From positions 139,011 to 203,010 of the forward strand of contig CAVPHZ010000002.1 of NCBI GenBank assembly GCA_963704905.1: a stretch of DNA of 64,000 bases, given 5' to 3'. This stretch comes from Candidatus Chisholmbacteria bacterium. Lineage in GTDB: Bacteria > Patescibacteriota > Microgenomatia > UBA1400 > Chisholmbacteraceae. Shown here in pieces: positions 1-9,562 of this stretch. A program made the translations under genes and the position numbers. Positions within the stretch are counted from its first letter, which is position 1. Each line of letters opens with the position of its first letter. The notes under the pieces were generated by a model. That model was not told the origin of the DNA. It did no database searches and saw only the letters and a list, made by a program, of their open reading frames with translations.

Positions 1-430
1 GAGACGTACGCAAGGGCTCTCCATTCGATGTATTAGTTACAAATGCTTGTTCATCAGGAAGATACTCTTCATCAAGAATAACATCATTAATCATAATTAT
101 TCCTTCAGAAATTTGAATGTTTTCATCTGGAAGCCCAATAATTCGTTTCACAAAGTCACACTGTAATTCTTGAGGACATCTCGCTCCAGAAGGGGCATGA
201 AAAACAACCACATCGCCCCTTTCTGGGTCATGAAACCGGTAGCTAAGCTTATCCGTCAACAGATATTCCCCGCTGAAAAAATTTGGCCACATCGAATTAC
301 CATTCACCTGATGTGGCTGTACGAGAAAAAGATATATGACGACAAATATCGCCAACGCGACAACCACTGTCTCAATGATATCTAGAAAAAAATGAGCAAT
401 GGTTCGCAGTGCAGCTGCAACTTGAGACAT
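1..430 (-). CDS. lepB: Signal peptidase I (3' end runs off the window)
   Basis: Manual translation from ATG at 430: MSQVAAALRTIAHFFLDIIETVVVALAIFVVIYLFLVQPHQVNGNSMWPNF...DKLSYRF...RGDVVVF...DFVKRIIGLP. One TM helix plus the catalytic Ser (GNSM) and Lys (VKR) boxes. Not in the ORF track. Confidence 0.93.
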   Translation of the reverse strand, partial: MSQVAAALRTIAHFFLDIIETVVVALAIFVVIYLFLVQPHQVNGNSMWPNFFSGEYLLTDKLSYRFHDPERGDVVVFHAPSGARCPQELQCDFVKRIIGLPDENIQISEGIIMINDVILDEEYLPDEQAFVTNTSNGEPLRTS

Positions 431-576
431 CTTGGGCTTTATTATGCTACGAGTGACGGAAGAAGGCAAGAACTGGTATAATATGACAACCAGGCGACTA
501 AAAAGCTTCGGTGACAGAAGTATACTAAAAGTAAAGAGATAAAAAACCAGAGCACTTCTGCACGATCTGCCCCTAA

Positions 577-650
<74 letters not shown>

Positions 651-691
651 CAATGAACCAATCACCAATCAACTCTTAAGAAGGAGGAGGA

Positions 692-1027
692 ATGAAAATT
701 CTATCATTGGAGAAAATTAAATCAGAACCGGTATCTCACAATCCGAAAATTCAAAAGAAAGTCTTTGTAAAAAAAGGAGATATTCCTCACATGTTGCAAT
801 TTGCACAATCGACCTTCACTTCTGGACAGATTGCCAGCGAACACGTTCATGAGGACATGTACGAAATTTACCTTGTGGAAGGTGGTCAGGGAATAGTAAA
901 AGTAGCTGGAAAGGTCGAGCAAATTAAATTGGGAGACTGTATCATCATCGAACCTGGCGATGCGCATGAATTCTTAAACACCGGTGCTGACGACCTGATT
1001 CTCACCTACTTCGGAATAGAAAAATAA
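692..1027 (+). CDS. Cupin domain protein
   Basis: HVHEDMYEIY and IEPGDAHEF cupin motifs; SD AGGAGG upstream. Confidence 0.88.
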   Translation: MKILSLEKIKSEPVSHNPKIQKKVFVKKGDIPHMLQFAQSTFTSGQIASEHVHEDMYEIYLVEGGQGIVKVAGKVEQIKLGDCIIIEPGDAHEFLNTGADDLILTYFGIEK

Positions 1028-1110
1028 ATTTCATATTCGCTTCTGCTGGAAGTGAACGCAGAGTTTCCTTGAAACGATTTAAAAAAAAGCAGACAATATC
1101 AAATAAATCT

Positions 1111-2037
1111 ATGGTGCAAGTGAGCGTCGTTGTTACTGTATTCAATGAAGAAAGTAGTATAGATCTTCTCCTTCAATCATTGGTATTTCAGTCAAAAAAA
1201 GCCTCTGAAATAATCATCGTCGATGCCGGTTCCACTGACAAAACAGTTAAAAACATAATCCGTTTCGGAAAAAAATATCAGCAGGTCACACTCATCCAAG
1301 CACCAGGAGTAAATCGCTCTCAAGGAAGGAATAGGGGGATTCATAGAGCCAAAAGTAAATTCATTGCAATCACTGACGCTGGATGTATCCCACAACCTAA
1401 TTGGCTCGAAACTTTGACCGAGCCTTTCAGCGATCCCGCTATTGACGTGGTGAGTGGATATTACGAGTCAGATGCTCAAACTCCCTTTCAAAAAAGTTTC
1501 GCGGTCTTTACAATTTATCCAAATTATAAAGTTAAAGATGATACATATCTACCTTCCTCAAGGTCGTTAGCATTCACCAAAGTCATATGGAAAAAAGTAG
1601 GTGGATATCCAGCGCATCTGGATACTTGTGAAGATCTGGTTTTCGTTGAGCATTTAAAAAAAGCAAATGCTCGATTTCGCCTGTCAAAGGATGCCATAGT
1701 GTCATGGAAACAAGAACATACTTGGCCAGGTGCATTTGTAAAGCTGTTTTCCTATTCGCGAGGAGATGGGCAGGCGAGATACAGGCCTCACTTGAAAAGA
1801 GCTGCATTCGTTTGGCTTCGGTATGCAATAGGAATTTGGTTGTTGATCGTGTTTCCAGTTAGTCTTATGATCTTTATTCCTCAATATATAGCTTGGTCAA
1901 TTGGAAAAGGATATAGCAGAGTAAAGGATATTCAGGCGCTTTGGTTGCTCCCATTACTGCAGATAACTGCAGATATAGCAGTCATGAGTGGGTCAACGTT
2001 CGGTCTTATCGAAGGACTGTTCAGGGACGCTCGGTGA
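1111..2037 (+). CDS. Glycosyltransferase family 2
   Basis: VSVVVTVFNEE...IIVDAGSTD...ITDAG (DxD-like), C-terminal TM; ATG at 1111 preferred over the TTG at 1069. Confidence 0.9.
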   Translation: MVQVSVVVTVFNEESSIDLLLQSLVFQSKKASEIIIVDAGSTDKTVKNIIRFGKKYQQVTLIQAPGVNRSQGRNRGIHRAKSKFIAITDAGCIPQPNWLETLTEPFSDPAIDVVSGYYESDAQTPFQKSFAVFTIYPNYKVKDDTYLPSSRSLAFTKVIWKKVGGYPAHLDTCEDLVFVEHLKKANARFRLSKDAIVSWKQEHTWPGAFVKLFSYSRGDGQARYRPHLKRAAFVWLRYAIGIWLLIVFPVSLMIFIPQYIAWSIGKGYSRVKDIQALWLLPLLQITADIAVMSGSTFGLIEGLFRDAR

Positions 2038-2050
2038 TACAATACGCTGC

Positions 2051-3274
2051 ATGGGATACTTTCGCAAGGCTTTAATTGGAACCGGATGGATGGGTACGCT
2101 TCGCGTAGGTTCTCGAGCACTCTCCTTTCTCAAGCTTGCAATCGTAGCCAGAATTCTTACACCTCAAGACTTTGGTGTATTTGGAATTGCAACAATTTCT
2201 CTAGCCTTATTAGAGATTCTTACAGAAACTGGAATTTACGTATTTTTAATTCAGGAAAAAGAAGATATAGAGAAATATCTCAATACCGCTTGGGTTGTTT
2301 CAATATTGAGAGGAATGATCATTGCAGCAAGTCTTTTTCTCCTCTCAGCACCACTATCAGTTTTTTTCAATGAATCTCGTGCCCAGCAGCTCATACTGTG
2401 GGTAGGTCTCGTCGCCTCCATTCGTGGGTTTATTAATCCAGCAATCATCGGCTTTCAGAAAAAGCTTGAGTTTCATAAAGAATTTCTTCTTCGCATGATC
2501 GTCATTTTCACTGAATCAATTGCGACCATCGTATTTACAGTAATAACCCACTCAGTAATGAGTTTGGTGTATGGACTCATGGTCTCAGCCATAGTTGAGG
2601 TAGCACTTTCATTTTTCATTGTACGAGTACGACCGAAACTGAAGCTAGAGAAAGTGAAGTTAAAGAAAATGATTTCTCGAGGGAAATGGGTAACGCTGAG
2701 TGGTATTCTCGGCTTTCTCACGCGTCAGGGTGATGATGCTGTGGTTGCCAAACTCATAAATGCAACTTCGCTTGGGTTCTACCAAATGGCATATAAGTTT
2801 TCAACTCTCCCTGGAACAGAGATCACTGATGTCTTGAGTAAAGTAACATTTCCAGTCTACGCAAAGATCGAGCAAGATAAAAAACGATTATTGCGAGCCT
2901 ATCTCAAAACCATTTTGGTTAGCGCAAGTATCGTTCTCCCGCTAAGTACGCTGCTGTTCCTCTTTCCTAAAGAAGTTCTTATCTTTGTCGTCGGCTCTCA
3001 ATGGATTGAGGCAACCAGTGCGCTCCGCATTCTTTCCATCTTTGGTGCACTCGGTGCACTCGTCGGTTCTCGAAACGCAGTATTTTTTGCATTGAGGCGC
3101 CAGGATCTGGTTTCAAAGATCACCTTTATAAAGTTAATTGCCTTGGGTGTATTCATCATTCCATTCACGCTGAAGCTGGGAATTATTGGTGCTGCCTGGG
3201 CATCTCTGATTTCTGTTATCATTGTCACCCCGGTCACAATATATTATCTTGTGAAAGTATTTAAAAACGCATGA
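2051..3274 (+). CDS. Polysaccharide flippase (Wzx/WzxC-like)
   Basis: ARILTPQDFGVFG N-terminal motif, many TM helices, GIIGAAWA. Confidence 0.88.
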   Translation: MGYFRKALIGTGWMGTLRVGSRALSFLKLAIVARILTPQDFGVFGIATISLALLEILTETGIYVFLIQEKEDIEKYLNTAWVVSILRGMIIAASLFLLSAPLSVFFNESRAQQLILWVGLVASIRGFINPAIIGFQKKLEFHKEFLLRMIVIFTESIATIVFTVITHSVMSLVYGLMVSAIVEVALSFFIVRVRPKLKLEKVKLKKMISRGKWVTLSGILGFLTRQGDDAVVAKLINATSLGFYQMAYKFSTLPGTEITDVLSKVTFPVYAKIEQDKKRLLRAYLKTILVSASIVLPLSTLLFLFPKEVLIFVVGSQWIEATSALRILSIFGALGALVGSRNAVFFALRRQDLVSKITFIKLIALGVFIIPFTLKLGIIGAAWASLISVIIVTPVTIYYLVKVFKNA

Positions 3275-4812
3275 GTAAAAAAACTAAGGTTATCATCATT
3301 GGACTCGACGGAGTTACCTGGAAAATTCTCAACCCGTTAATCAAATTAGGAAAGCTGCCATATTTAAACAGCCTTAAGAAGAGGGGAGCCTCAGGGATAT
3401 TAAAAAGCACCATACCACCAGTAACCGGTCCTGCCTGGGCAACATTTCAGACTGGCGTAAATCCCGGTAAGCATGGGGTGTTTGATTTTTTCACCATACG
3501 TCAAAACCCAGAAAGTCCAGAGCTCATCGATAGAAGGACGATACGAGCCGAGAAGATCTGGGAATACTTGGGAAAAGCAGGTAAACAGAGTCTACTTTTA
3601 GCAATGCCTATTTCCTACCCACCCACAGAGATTCGAGGAGTATTGGTCACCTCATTTATGACTCCTGTCGGTGCACCATTTGCATACCCAAAAGATATTG
3701 AAGCAAAGCTAAAGCAAATAGACTATCAAATTGACATTTTAGCCACAAAGCGGTATGGCGAGGTGCCAGGCCAACCGCTCACTGATTCGCAGAAAACAAG
3801 GCTCATTAAAGATGCAATAGATATATCAAAAAAACGTGTCAAGGCATTTAAAGTAATTTCGCAGCAAAATGAATTTGATTTGTATTTCGTCTTTTTTAAA
3901 GAGACCGACTTCTTACAGCACATGTTTTTTGATGGCAAAGAAACTGAGCAGTATTTAACCAGCTTCGATACTCAGCTCAGGAGGCTTGTAGAGTATTGTG
4001 ACAAGAATATTTCAGGAAACAAAGTCTACTTTCTCATTTCAGACCACGGTTTTCATAAAACTGCAGATCTTCAATTTTCCCCCTATGTGTGGCTAACAAA
4101 GCTACTACAATTGAAGAAATCATCAAAAAAATGGTCTGCTTCTTGGAAAGCTCTACATAAACTTAATAAACTGCTAAAGATATCAGGTATAGAATTAACC
4201 AAATCAAAAAAAATAGCCAAGTCAAGAGAACAGTTGGTAGAAGCAGCCTCGCAAGATGAAAAAAAAGTATTTGTCCGTCTTGGAGTAATCGCAACAATGC
4301 GAGGTGTCTATCTGCTCGGAAAAATGCGTACCCAAGAAAATAAAAGAAAAATCATCGCTAATGCCAAGGAACTGAAGCATAATGGAAAACCAATATTTAA
4401 ACTTGTTGCAGATGTAAACAAGGTATATCATGGTTCCTTTGTGAAGGAGGCACCGGATGTCATTTGGATGGCAAACGAAGGAATCACCATCAACCTATCT
4501 CCTCTGGCAGAAGAGTTAGTCACTCCTCGACCGACGCACTTGAAAGGAGATCATTACGCTGCCAGAGATGGGGTCATCATGAGCTGGGGTCAAAACCTTA
4601 TACCAGGATTTACAGTTAATGCGAACCTTGAAGATCTACTGCCAACTGCACTAGAGCTACTGGATGTACCAATACCGAATAAAATTGATGGGAAACCACT
4701 TCGAGATATATTTAAAAAAAGTGTAAAAATGAAATCGGCAAAGATAGTAAATGAACACCAGCGAGTAGATGATCTTATTAATCAACAAATCAGTAATCTG
4801 GAGGATCTATGA
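3271..4812 (+). CDS. Alkaline phosphatase superfamily protein (nucleotide pyrophosphatase/phosphodiesterase type)
   Basis: IIGLDG, STIPPVTGPAWATFQTGVNPGKHG, LISDHGF, GDH motifs. Confidence 0.85.
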   Translation: MSKKTKVIIIGLDGVTWKILNPLIKLGKLPYLNSLKKRGASGILKSTIPPVTGPAWATFQTGVNPGKHGVFDFFTIRQNPESPELIDRRTIRAEKIWEYLGKAGKQSLLLAMPISYPPTEIRGVLVTSFMTPVGAPFAYPKDIEAKLKQIDYQIDILATKRYGEVPGQPLTDSQKTRLIKDAIDISKKRVKAFKVISQQNEFDLYFVFFKETDFLQHMFFDGKETEQYLTSFDTQLRRLVEYCDKNISGNKVYFLISDHGFHKTADLQFSPYVWLTKLLQLKKSSKKWSASWKALHKLNKLLKISGIELTKSKKIAKSREQLVEAASQDEKKVFVRLGVIATMRGVYLLGKMRTQENKRKIIANAKELKHNGKPIFKLVADVNKVYHGSFVKEAPDVIWMANEGITINLSPLAEELVTPRPTHLKGDHYAARDGVIMSWGQNLIPGFTVNANLEDLLPTALELLDVPIPNKIDGKPLRDIFKKSVKMKSAKIVNEHQRVDDLINQQISNLEDL

Positions 4813-5492
4813 AAAGCAAGAAAAACCTAGCTTGGAAGATAAAGGCGAGTCAGCGAGTATTGCAAACAGCCATGAATAAATTTGGCCCAGATGTAGCTCT
4901 TGCATGGACCGGTGGAAAAGACTCAACCGTCATCCTTCACATGGTTCGAGAACTGTTAAATGGAAAAGTATCAATGCCGGTATTATTCATCGACACAGGG
5001 TTGGATTTTGACGAAATTCTGGTTTTTGTCGATAAGTTAGAAAAGGAGTGGAAACTCAATCTATTCCGGATCCAAGATAGACCAGGTCTCAAGCGCTACA
5101 AAGCTGAAAAGAACAAGACCAAGAAAAAAGTACTGGCTCGAATGATGAAAGTACATGCAATTAAAAAAGCTGTCAAAACCCAGAACTGGAATGCCTTGAT
5201 CGTTGGAATCCGTTGGGATGAACACGAAGCTCGATCGTCGGAGGTATATTTTTCACAGAGGAAAGATCACATAAGAGTTCATCCGATCTTACATTTCACG
5301 GAAGAAGATATTTGGGATTACATTAAAATGCATAACCTTCCGTATAATCCACTCTACGACCAAGGATATCGTTCTCTTGGGGAAAAAGATTTTACCAAGC
5401 CGGTGAAAGGCAAACATCTCCCTGAAAGAGCAGGGAGGGAGAAGGATAAAGAGAAAATTATGGAACGACTAAGAGCCCTAGGATACTTCTAA
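4809..5492 (+). CDS. PAPS reductase family / CysD-like sulfate adenylyltransferase
   Basis: PP-loop WTGGKDS, FIDTG, GIRWDE, RVHPIL, YNPLYDQGYRSLG, ERAGR; lacks the C-terminal ECGLH of CysH. Confidence 0.8.
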   Translation: MKSKKNLAWKIKASQRVLQTAMNKFGPDVALAWTGGKDSTVILHMVRELLNGKVSMPVLFIDTGLDFDEILVFVDKLEKEWKLNLFRIQDRPGLKRYKAEKNKTKKKVLARMMKVHAIKKAVKTQNWNALIVGIRWDEHEARSSEVYFSQRKDHIRVHPILHFTEEDIWDYIKMHNLPYNPLYDQGYRSLGEKDFTKPVKGKHLPERAGREKDKEKIMERLRALGYF

Positions 5493-5505
5493 TCGTTACA
5501 CAGAG

Positions 5506-6156
5506 ATGAAGGACACACCGCTGGTACAGCTTGGATGGGGGAAGAAAGGTTCTCGACTTGATCAAACAAAAGTAAAACTCCTTCAAAATTTCATTCTCGG
5601 CAAACGAGTGATCGATATTGGCTGCGCTACTGGAATCTACTCCAAACGAATGAAAAAACTTCGTCTTGATGTCACAAGCACAGATATCAACTTTGCGCTT
5701 CTAAGCAAAGCCGAATCTCTTAATAGAGTAGTATCGAGTATCACTCATCTCCCTTTTAAAAATAAGCAATTTGACACGACGATTTTGTTTGACATTCTCG
5801 AGCATGTTCATGATAAATGTCTAAAAGAAGTCATACGAATCACTAAGCGTCGCATCATTTTAACGGTTCCTCGCACGACAGATAAGAATTTAAAAAATAA
5901 TTGGTTAGTATATGGCCACCATCAGGACACAACCCATAAAAGGACCTACACACGAAGAAGTCTAAAAAAATTACTTTTGGATCATAGTCTTAAGCCTGTA
6001 CTAATAAAACCCTCACATCCTATTTCTACCGACGCTTTATTTCTAGATATTCTCGAGGGAAAAGTGATCATTAAAAAATTAATAAGACGGTTTACGTTTC
6101 TTGCTCTCAAACCAAAACAATTCAATTCTAACCTCACGGCTGTGGTCGATCTATAA
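5506..6156 (+). CDS. Class I SAM-dependent methyltransferase
   Basis: VIDIGCATG, LPF..FD, ILEHV. Confidence 0.88.
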   Translation: MKDTPLVQLGWGKKGSRLDQTKVKLLQNFILGKRVIDIGCATGIYSKRMKKLRLDVTSTDINFALLSKAESLNRVVSSITHLPFKNKQFDTTILFDILEHVHDKCLKEVIRITKRRIILTVPRTTDKNLKNNWLVYGHHQDTTHKRTYTRRSLKKLLLDHSLKPVLIKPSHPISTDALFLDILEGKVIIKKLIRRFTFLALKPKQFNSNLTAVVDL

Positions 6157-6171
6157 AATCACTAGACATAC

Positions 6172-7278
6172 ATGAAGCTGATCATCGACATAAGTCCCTT
6201 ATCTTCACTACCAAGAACCGGAATTGGAGTGATTCTTGAAAATCTTATTTCATCGCTAACCAATATAGAGAAGGTAGAAATCATCTTTTTTGCGTTAATT
6301 GCCAGAAGGGCAGAAGAGGAGTTAAGGAAGGAATTTCCCAATCTCCATGCACTTCCGGTACCTGCGAGATTACTGGAAGCATCGATTAAATATGCACAAG
6401 CCGCGTCTGTGCCTGTAAACTGGTTTGTTGGAAGGGCAGACGCATTCATAAGCATCGATTGGCTTTGCTTGCCTCTTAAGTCTGGGAAAACGCTTCCGAT
6501 AGTGGCTGACGCAACACCTCTGAGCCATCCCAAGTGGCATAAACCTGAGAATGTAGCTTGGTTTAGCAGGCGTATACGAAGCATTGAGAAACACGCCGAC
6601 ACAGTTCTGGCACTAAGCCAAGCAACAAAGGACGAGTTAGCCAGGCACACATCACTTCCAAAAGAAAAGATTCGTGTGGTTTACCCAGGTGTAGCGAAGC
6701 AATTTCTTAAAGTACCAAGCGTATCTGTCGTTTCTGACGTACAACAGAAATATTCACTCCCGGAGTCATTCTTGTTATTCGTCAGTACACAGGAACCAAG
6801 AAAAAATCTTCACGGCATTATCAAAGCAATGAACGCTGTACCAAAAAGCATCAGAGATCAAACCAAGTTAGTCTTAGCAGGGACTCGTGGTTGGGGTAAT
6901 CAGGTCGTTTACCCCGATTTCGTGCAAGAGCTTGATCATATTGACCACACAGATCTTCCGGCTATTTATATTGCATCAAATGGATTGGTTTACCCGTCTT
7001 TCAAGGAGGGTTTTGGTCTTCCAATTGTCGAAGCATTTTCTCTAGGGGTACCAGTGTTGACGAGCAATACTTCGAGTATGTCCGAGATAGCGGGTGATGC
7101 TGCAGTGTTAGTTGATCCTCACTCAGCAGATAATATTCAGGTCGGCATAGAAAAACTTCTGACAATGAACAGGAAGACTAAACTAGACTTCATTAGAAAA
7201 GGAAAAAAAAGAGCCATAAAGTACACGTTCGATAAAATGGCCCAAAAAGTTATGAATCTTGTAAACCAAGCGGTATGA
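6172..7278 (+). CDS. Glycosyltransferase family 4
   Basis: EPRKN, PSFKEGFGLPIVEA. Confidence 0.92.
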   Translation: MKLIIDISPLSSLPRTGIGVILENLISSLTNIEKVEIIFFALIARRAEEELRKEFPNLHALPVPARLLEASIKYAQAASVPVNWFVGRADAFISIDWLCLPLKSGKTLPIVADATPLSHPKWHKPENVAWFSRRIRSIEKHADTVLALSQATKDELARHTSLPKEKIRVVYPGVAKQFLKVPSVSVVSDVQQKYSLPESFLLFVSTQEPRKNLHGIIKAMNAVPKSIRDQTKLVLAGTRGWGNQVVYPDFVQELDHIDHTDLPAIYIASNGLVYPSFKEGFGLPIVEAFSLGVPVLTSNTSSMSEIAGDAAVLVDPHSADNIQVGIEKLLTMNRKTKLDFIRKGKKRAIKYTFDKMAQKVMNLVNQAV

Positions 7279-8396
7279 AGATCGCAATATTTCACCACCT
7301 TCCAGATGGAGGAGCCAAGATTGCTCTCTATGAGCAACTTAAACGACTGAAATTGAAACACACACTACATCTCTATGGTTTTCTATCTGAAGATGGTGAA
7401 TTCAATCTCAGTGCACTTTGCGACAAGACGTATCTTTATCCCTATCATGCTGTACCTGCACAGCTGAAGAAAGGTGCGCTACGCTTCATTGACGATCTTC
7501 GGTCATTTACCAAGCTCAAAACAATTCACAGGGAGATTGCCAGAACAATTGATAAAGAGAGCTACGACCTAGTTTTCGCTCATAATAGTCGTCTTACTCA
7601 GGCACCATACCTCTTACAGTTTATACATACTCCAAGTGTCTATTACTGTCATGAGCCCTACCGCGCTGCCTACGAAGCGGAGCTAAGGTTAGAAAAAGAG
7701 GTTGGTATGCTCAACAAATCCTACGAAAGTCTGAATCGCAGCATCCGAAAACGCATTGACAGAAACAACGCCCGAGCAGCAAATCGAATTGCGACCAATT
7801 CAAAATACACGCAAAAATACATATATAAAGCATATGAAAAAGATTCACAAGTCTGCTTACAGGGGGTGGATGCATCAGACTTTAAACCGAATACGATCAA
7901 GACCAATAGAAATGGCCTGCTATTTGTTGCCAGCAAAACTCAGATTAAAGGATTTAATCTATTGGAAAGCGCATTACGTTCTATCCCAAAGAATCGACGA
8001 CCCACTCTAAAAGTGATTGAACCAAGAAAAAATACATTTTCAGTGGACCGAGCTCAGCTCATCAGAGCGTATGCCTCTGCAGAGCTGACCATCTGTACTT
8101 CAGTGAACGAACCCTTTGGTCTGGTTGCCATAGAATCAATGGCCTGTGAAACTCCGGTGATTGCTGTCAATGAAGGGGGATATCGTGAAACCATCATAGA
8201 TGGACAAACCGGATATCTTATCAAGCGTACACCGAATTCTTTAGCTCAACGAATCCTCAGAATAACAGGGGATAAGCAATTAGCCAGAAGGCTTGGTCAA
8301 GCTGGCCGAAAGCATGTCATAAAAAATTGGGATTGGGACAAGAACATTATTGAACTTGAGAAACTATTAATTAAGGTTGCAAGGCAAAAACCATGA
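7275..8396 (+). CDS. Glycosyltransferase family 4
   Basis: EPFGLVAIESMACETPVI. Confidence 0.92.
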   Translation: MKIAIFHHLPDGGAKIALYEQLKRLKLKHTLHLYGFLSEDGEFNLSALCDKTYLYPYHAVPAQLKKGALRFIDDLRSFTKLKTIHREIARTIDKESYDLVFAHNSRLTQAPYLLQFIHTPSVYYCHEPYRAAYEAELRLEKEVGMLNKSYESLNRSIRKRIDRNNARAANRIATNSKYTQKYIYKAYEKDSQVCLQGVDASDFKPNTIKTNRNGLLFVASKTQIKGFNLLESALRSIPKNRRPTLKVIEPRKNTFSVDRAQLIRAYASAELTICTSVNEPFGLVAIESMACETPVIAVNEGGYRETIIDGQTGYLIKRTPNSLAQRILRITGDKQLARRLGQAGRKHVIKNWDWDKNIIELEKLLIKVARQKP

Positions 8397-9562
8397 ACAT
8401 AACCATCATTCAACAAGCTCCAGATATGGGTGGTTCAGAAATTTATATGGCAAATCTTGTGAAACAGTGGAGTAAAAATAATCACAACATTTACGCCTAT
8501 ACCAACCTTGTAGAGTATCGAGATGTGCTAAAGAAATCCGGAGCCAAAACTCATCACTTGCCGTTCATACTAGATATTACCGGAAATAAGCGGGGTTTTA
8601 TAAAAAGTTGCCTCTATCTACCCTTTGCATATTGGTGGTATCGACAGAAGTTAAAAAATATATATTCTCAAACAGATGTTATCGTCATGAGCGGATATGC
8701 TGAAAAACTTCTAGTGAGTCTTATCGCAAAAAAAATGAATATTCCGGTGATTTGGTTTGAGTATCCCCCTATGGAACCACTCCTCTCTCGTAATTTTGCC
8801 ATTCCCAAACTCGTCTACAAAAAGTTGTCTGTCATTCCGCATAAGATCATCACTATTTCTCAGAACACCTCTCAAAGTCTCATCAGTGACATAGGTATCG
8901 ATAAAGCAAAGATCGAGTGCATCTATCCCGGCGTAACTATCCCATTATCCGCACAGTTATTTCGAACCCAACAACAAGCTAAAAAGCTTCGAAATAAATT
9001 GAACCTAATCAACAATTTCATCATTGGAAATATTTCTCGTATCGCAAAGGAAAAAGGTCAAGAACACATCATTCGCAGTCTTCCAAATCTGAAAAAGAAA
9101 GTCAAAAATGCGAAAGTAGTGCTCACTGGTCGAGGTCCGGATATGGATAGGCTGAAAGCATTAGCTCAGAAGCTTAACGTCCTCAAAGACTGCATTTTTC
9201 TGGGATTTGTAAAAGAAATAGAAATAGTTTTATCAATGTATGATGTATTTGTATTTTCCAGCAGCTGGGAACTTGAGGGATTCGGACTCGCTCTAGCTGA
9301 AGCCATGGCATTTGAGGTGCCAATCATCGCAAGTAAACACAAGCCAACTCCGGAGATTATCACCCACGAGGAGACCGGTCTTTTAGTGAATATCATGAAT
9401 GACCAGGAGCTCAGTGATGCTATCATACGGATTGCACACAACAGACCATATTCAATAAAGCTAACAAATCAAGCAAAAAGAGAAGTAGTGAACCGTTTCA
9501 ACATCAAAAATAGTGCAATGAATATCGAAAAGGTTTTACTTGAAACGTCAAAAACCCGATGA
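8393..9562 (+). CDS. Glycosyltransferase family 4
   Basis: GGSE N-terminal motif, EKGQ, EGFGLALAEAMA. Confidence 0.92.
   Translation: MNITIIQQAPDMGGSEIYMANLVKQWSKNNHNIYAYTNLVEYRDVLKKSGAKTHHLPFILDITGNKRGFIKSCLYLPFAYWWYRQKLKNIYSQTDVIVMSGYAEKLLVSLIAKKMNIPVIWFEYPPMEPLLSRNFAIPKLVYKKLSVIPHKIITISQNTSQSLISDIGIDKAKIECIYPGVTIPLSAQLFRTQQQAKKLRNKLNLINNFIIGNISRIAKEKGQEHIIRSLPNLKKKVKNAKVVLTGRGPDMDRLKALAQKLNVLKDCIFLGFVKEIEIVLSMYDVFVFSSSWELEGFGLALAEAMAFEVPIIASKHKPTPEIITHEETGLLVNIMNDQELSDAIIRIAHNRPYSIKLTNQAKREVVNRFNIKNSAMNIEKVLLETSKTR

Noticed and set aside
170-385. 71-aa + strand ORF
   Set aside because: Antisense shadow of the signal peptidase I gene on the - strand.
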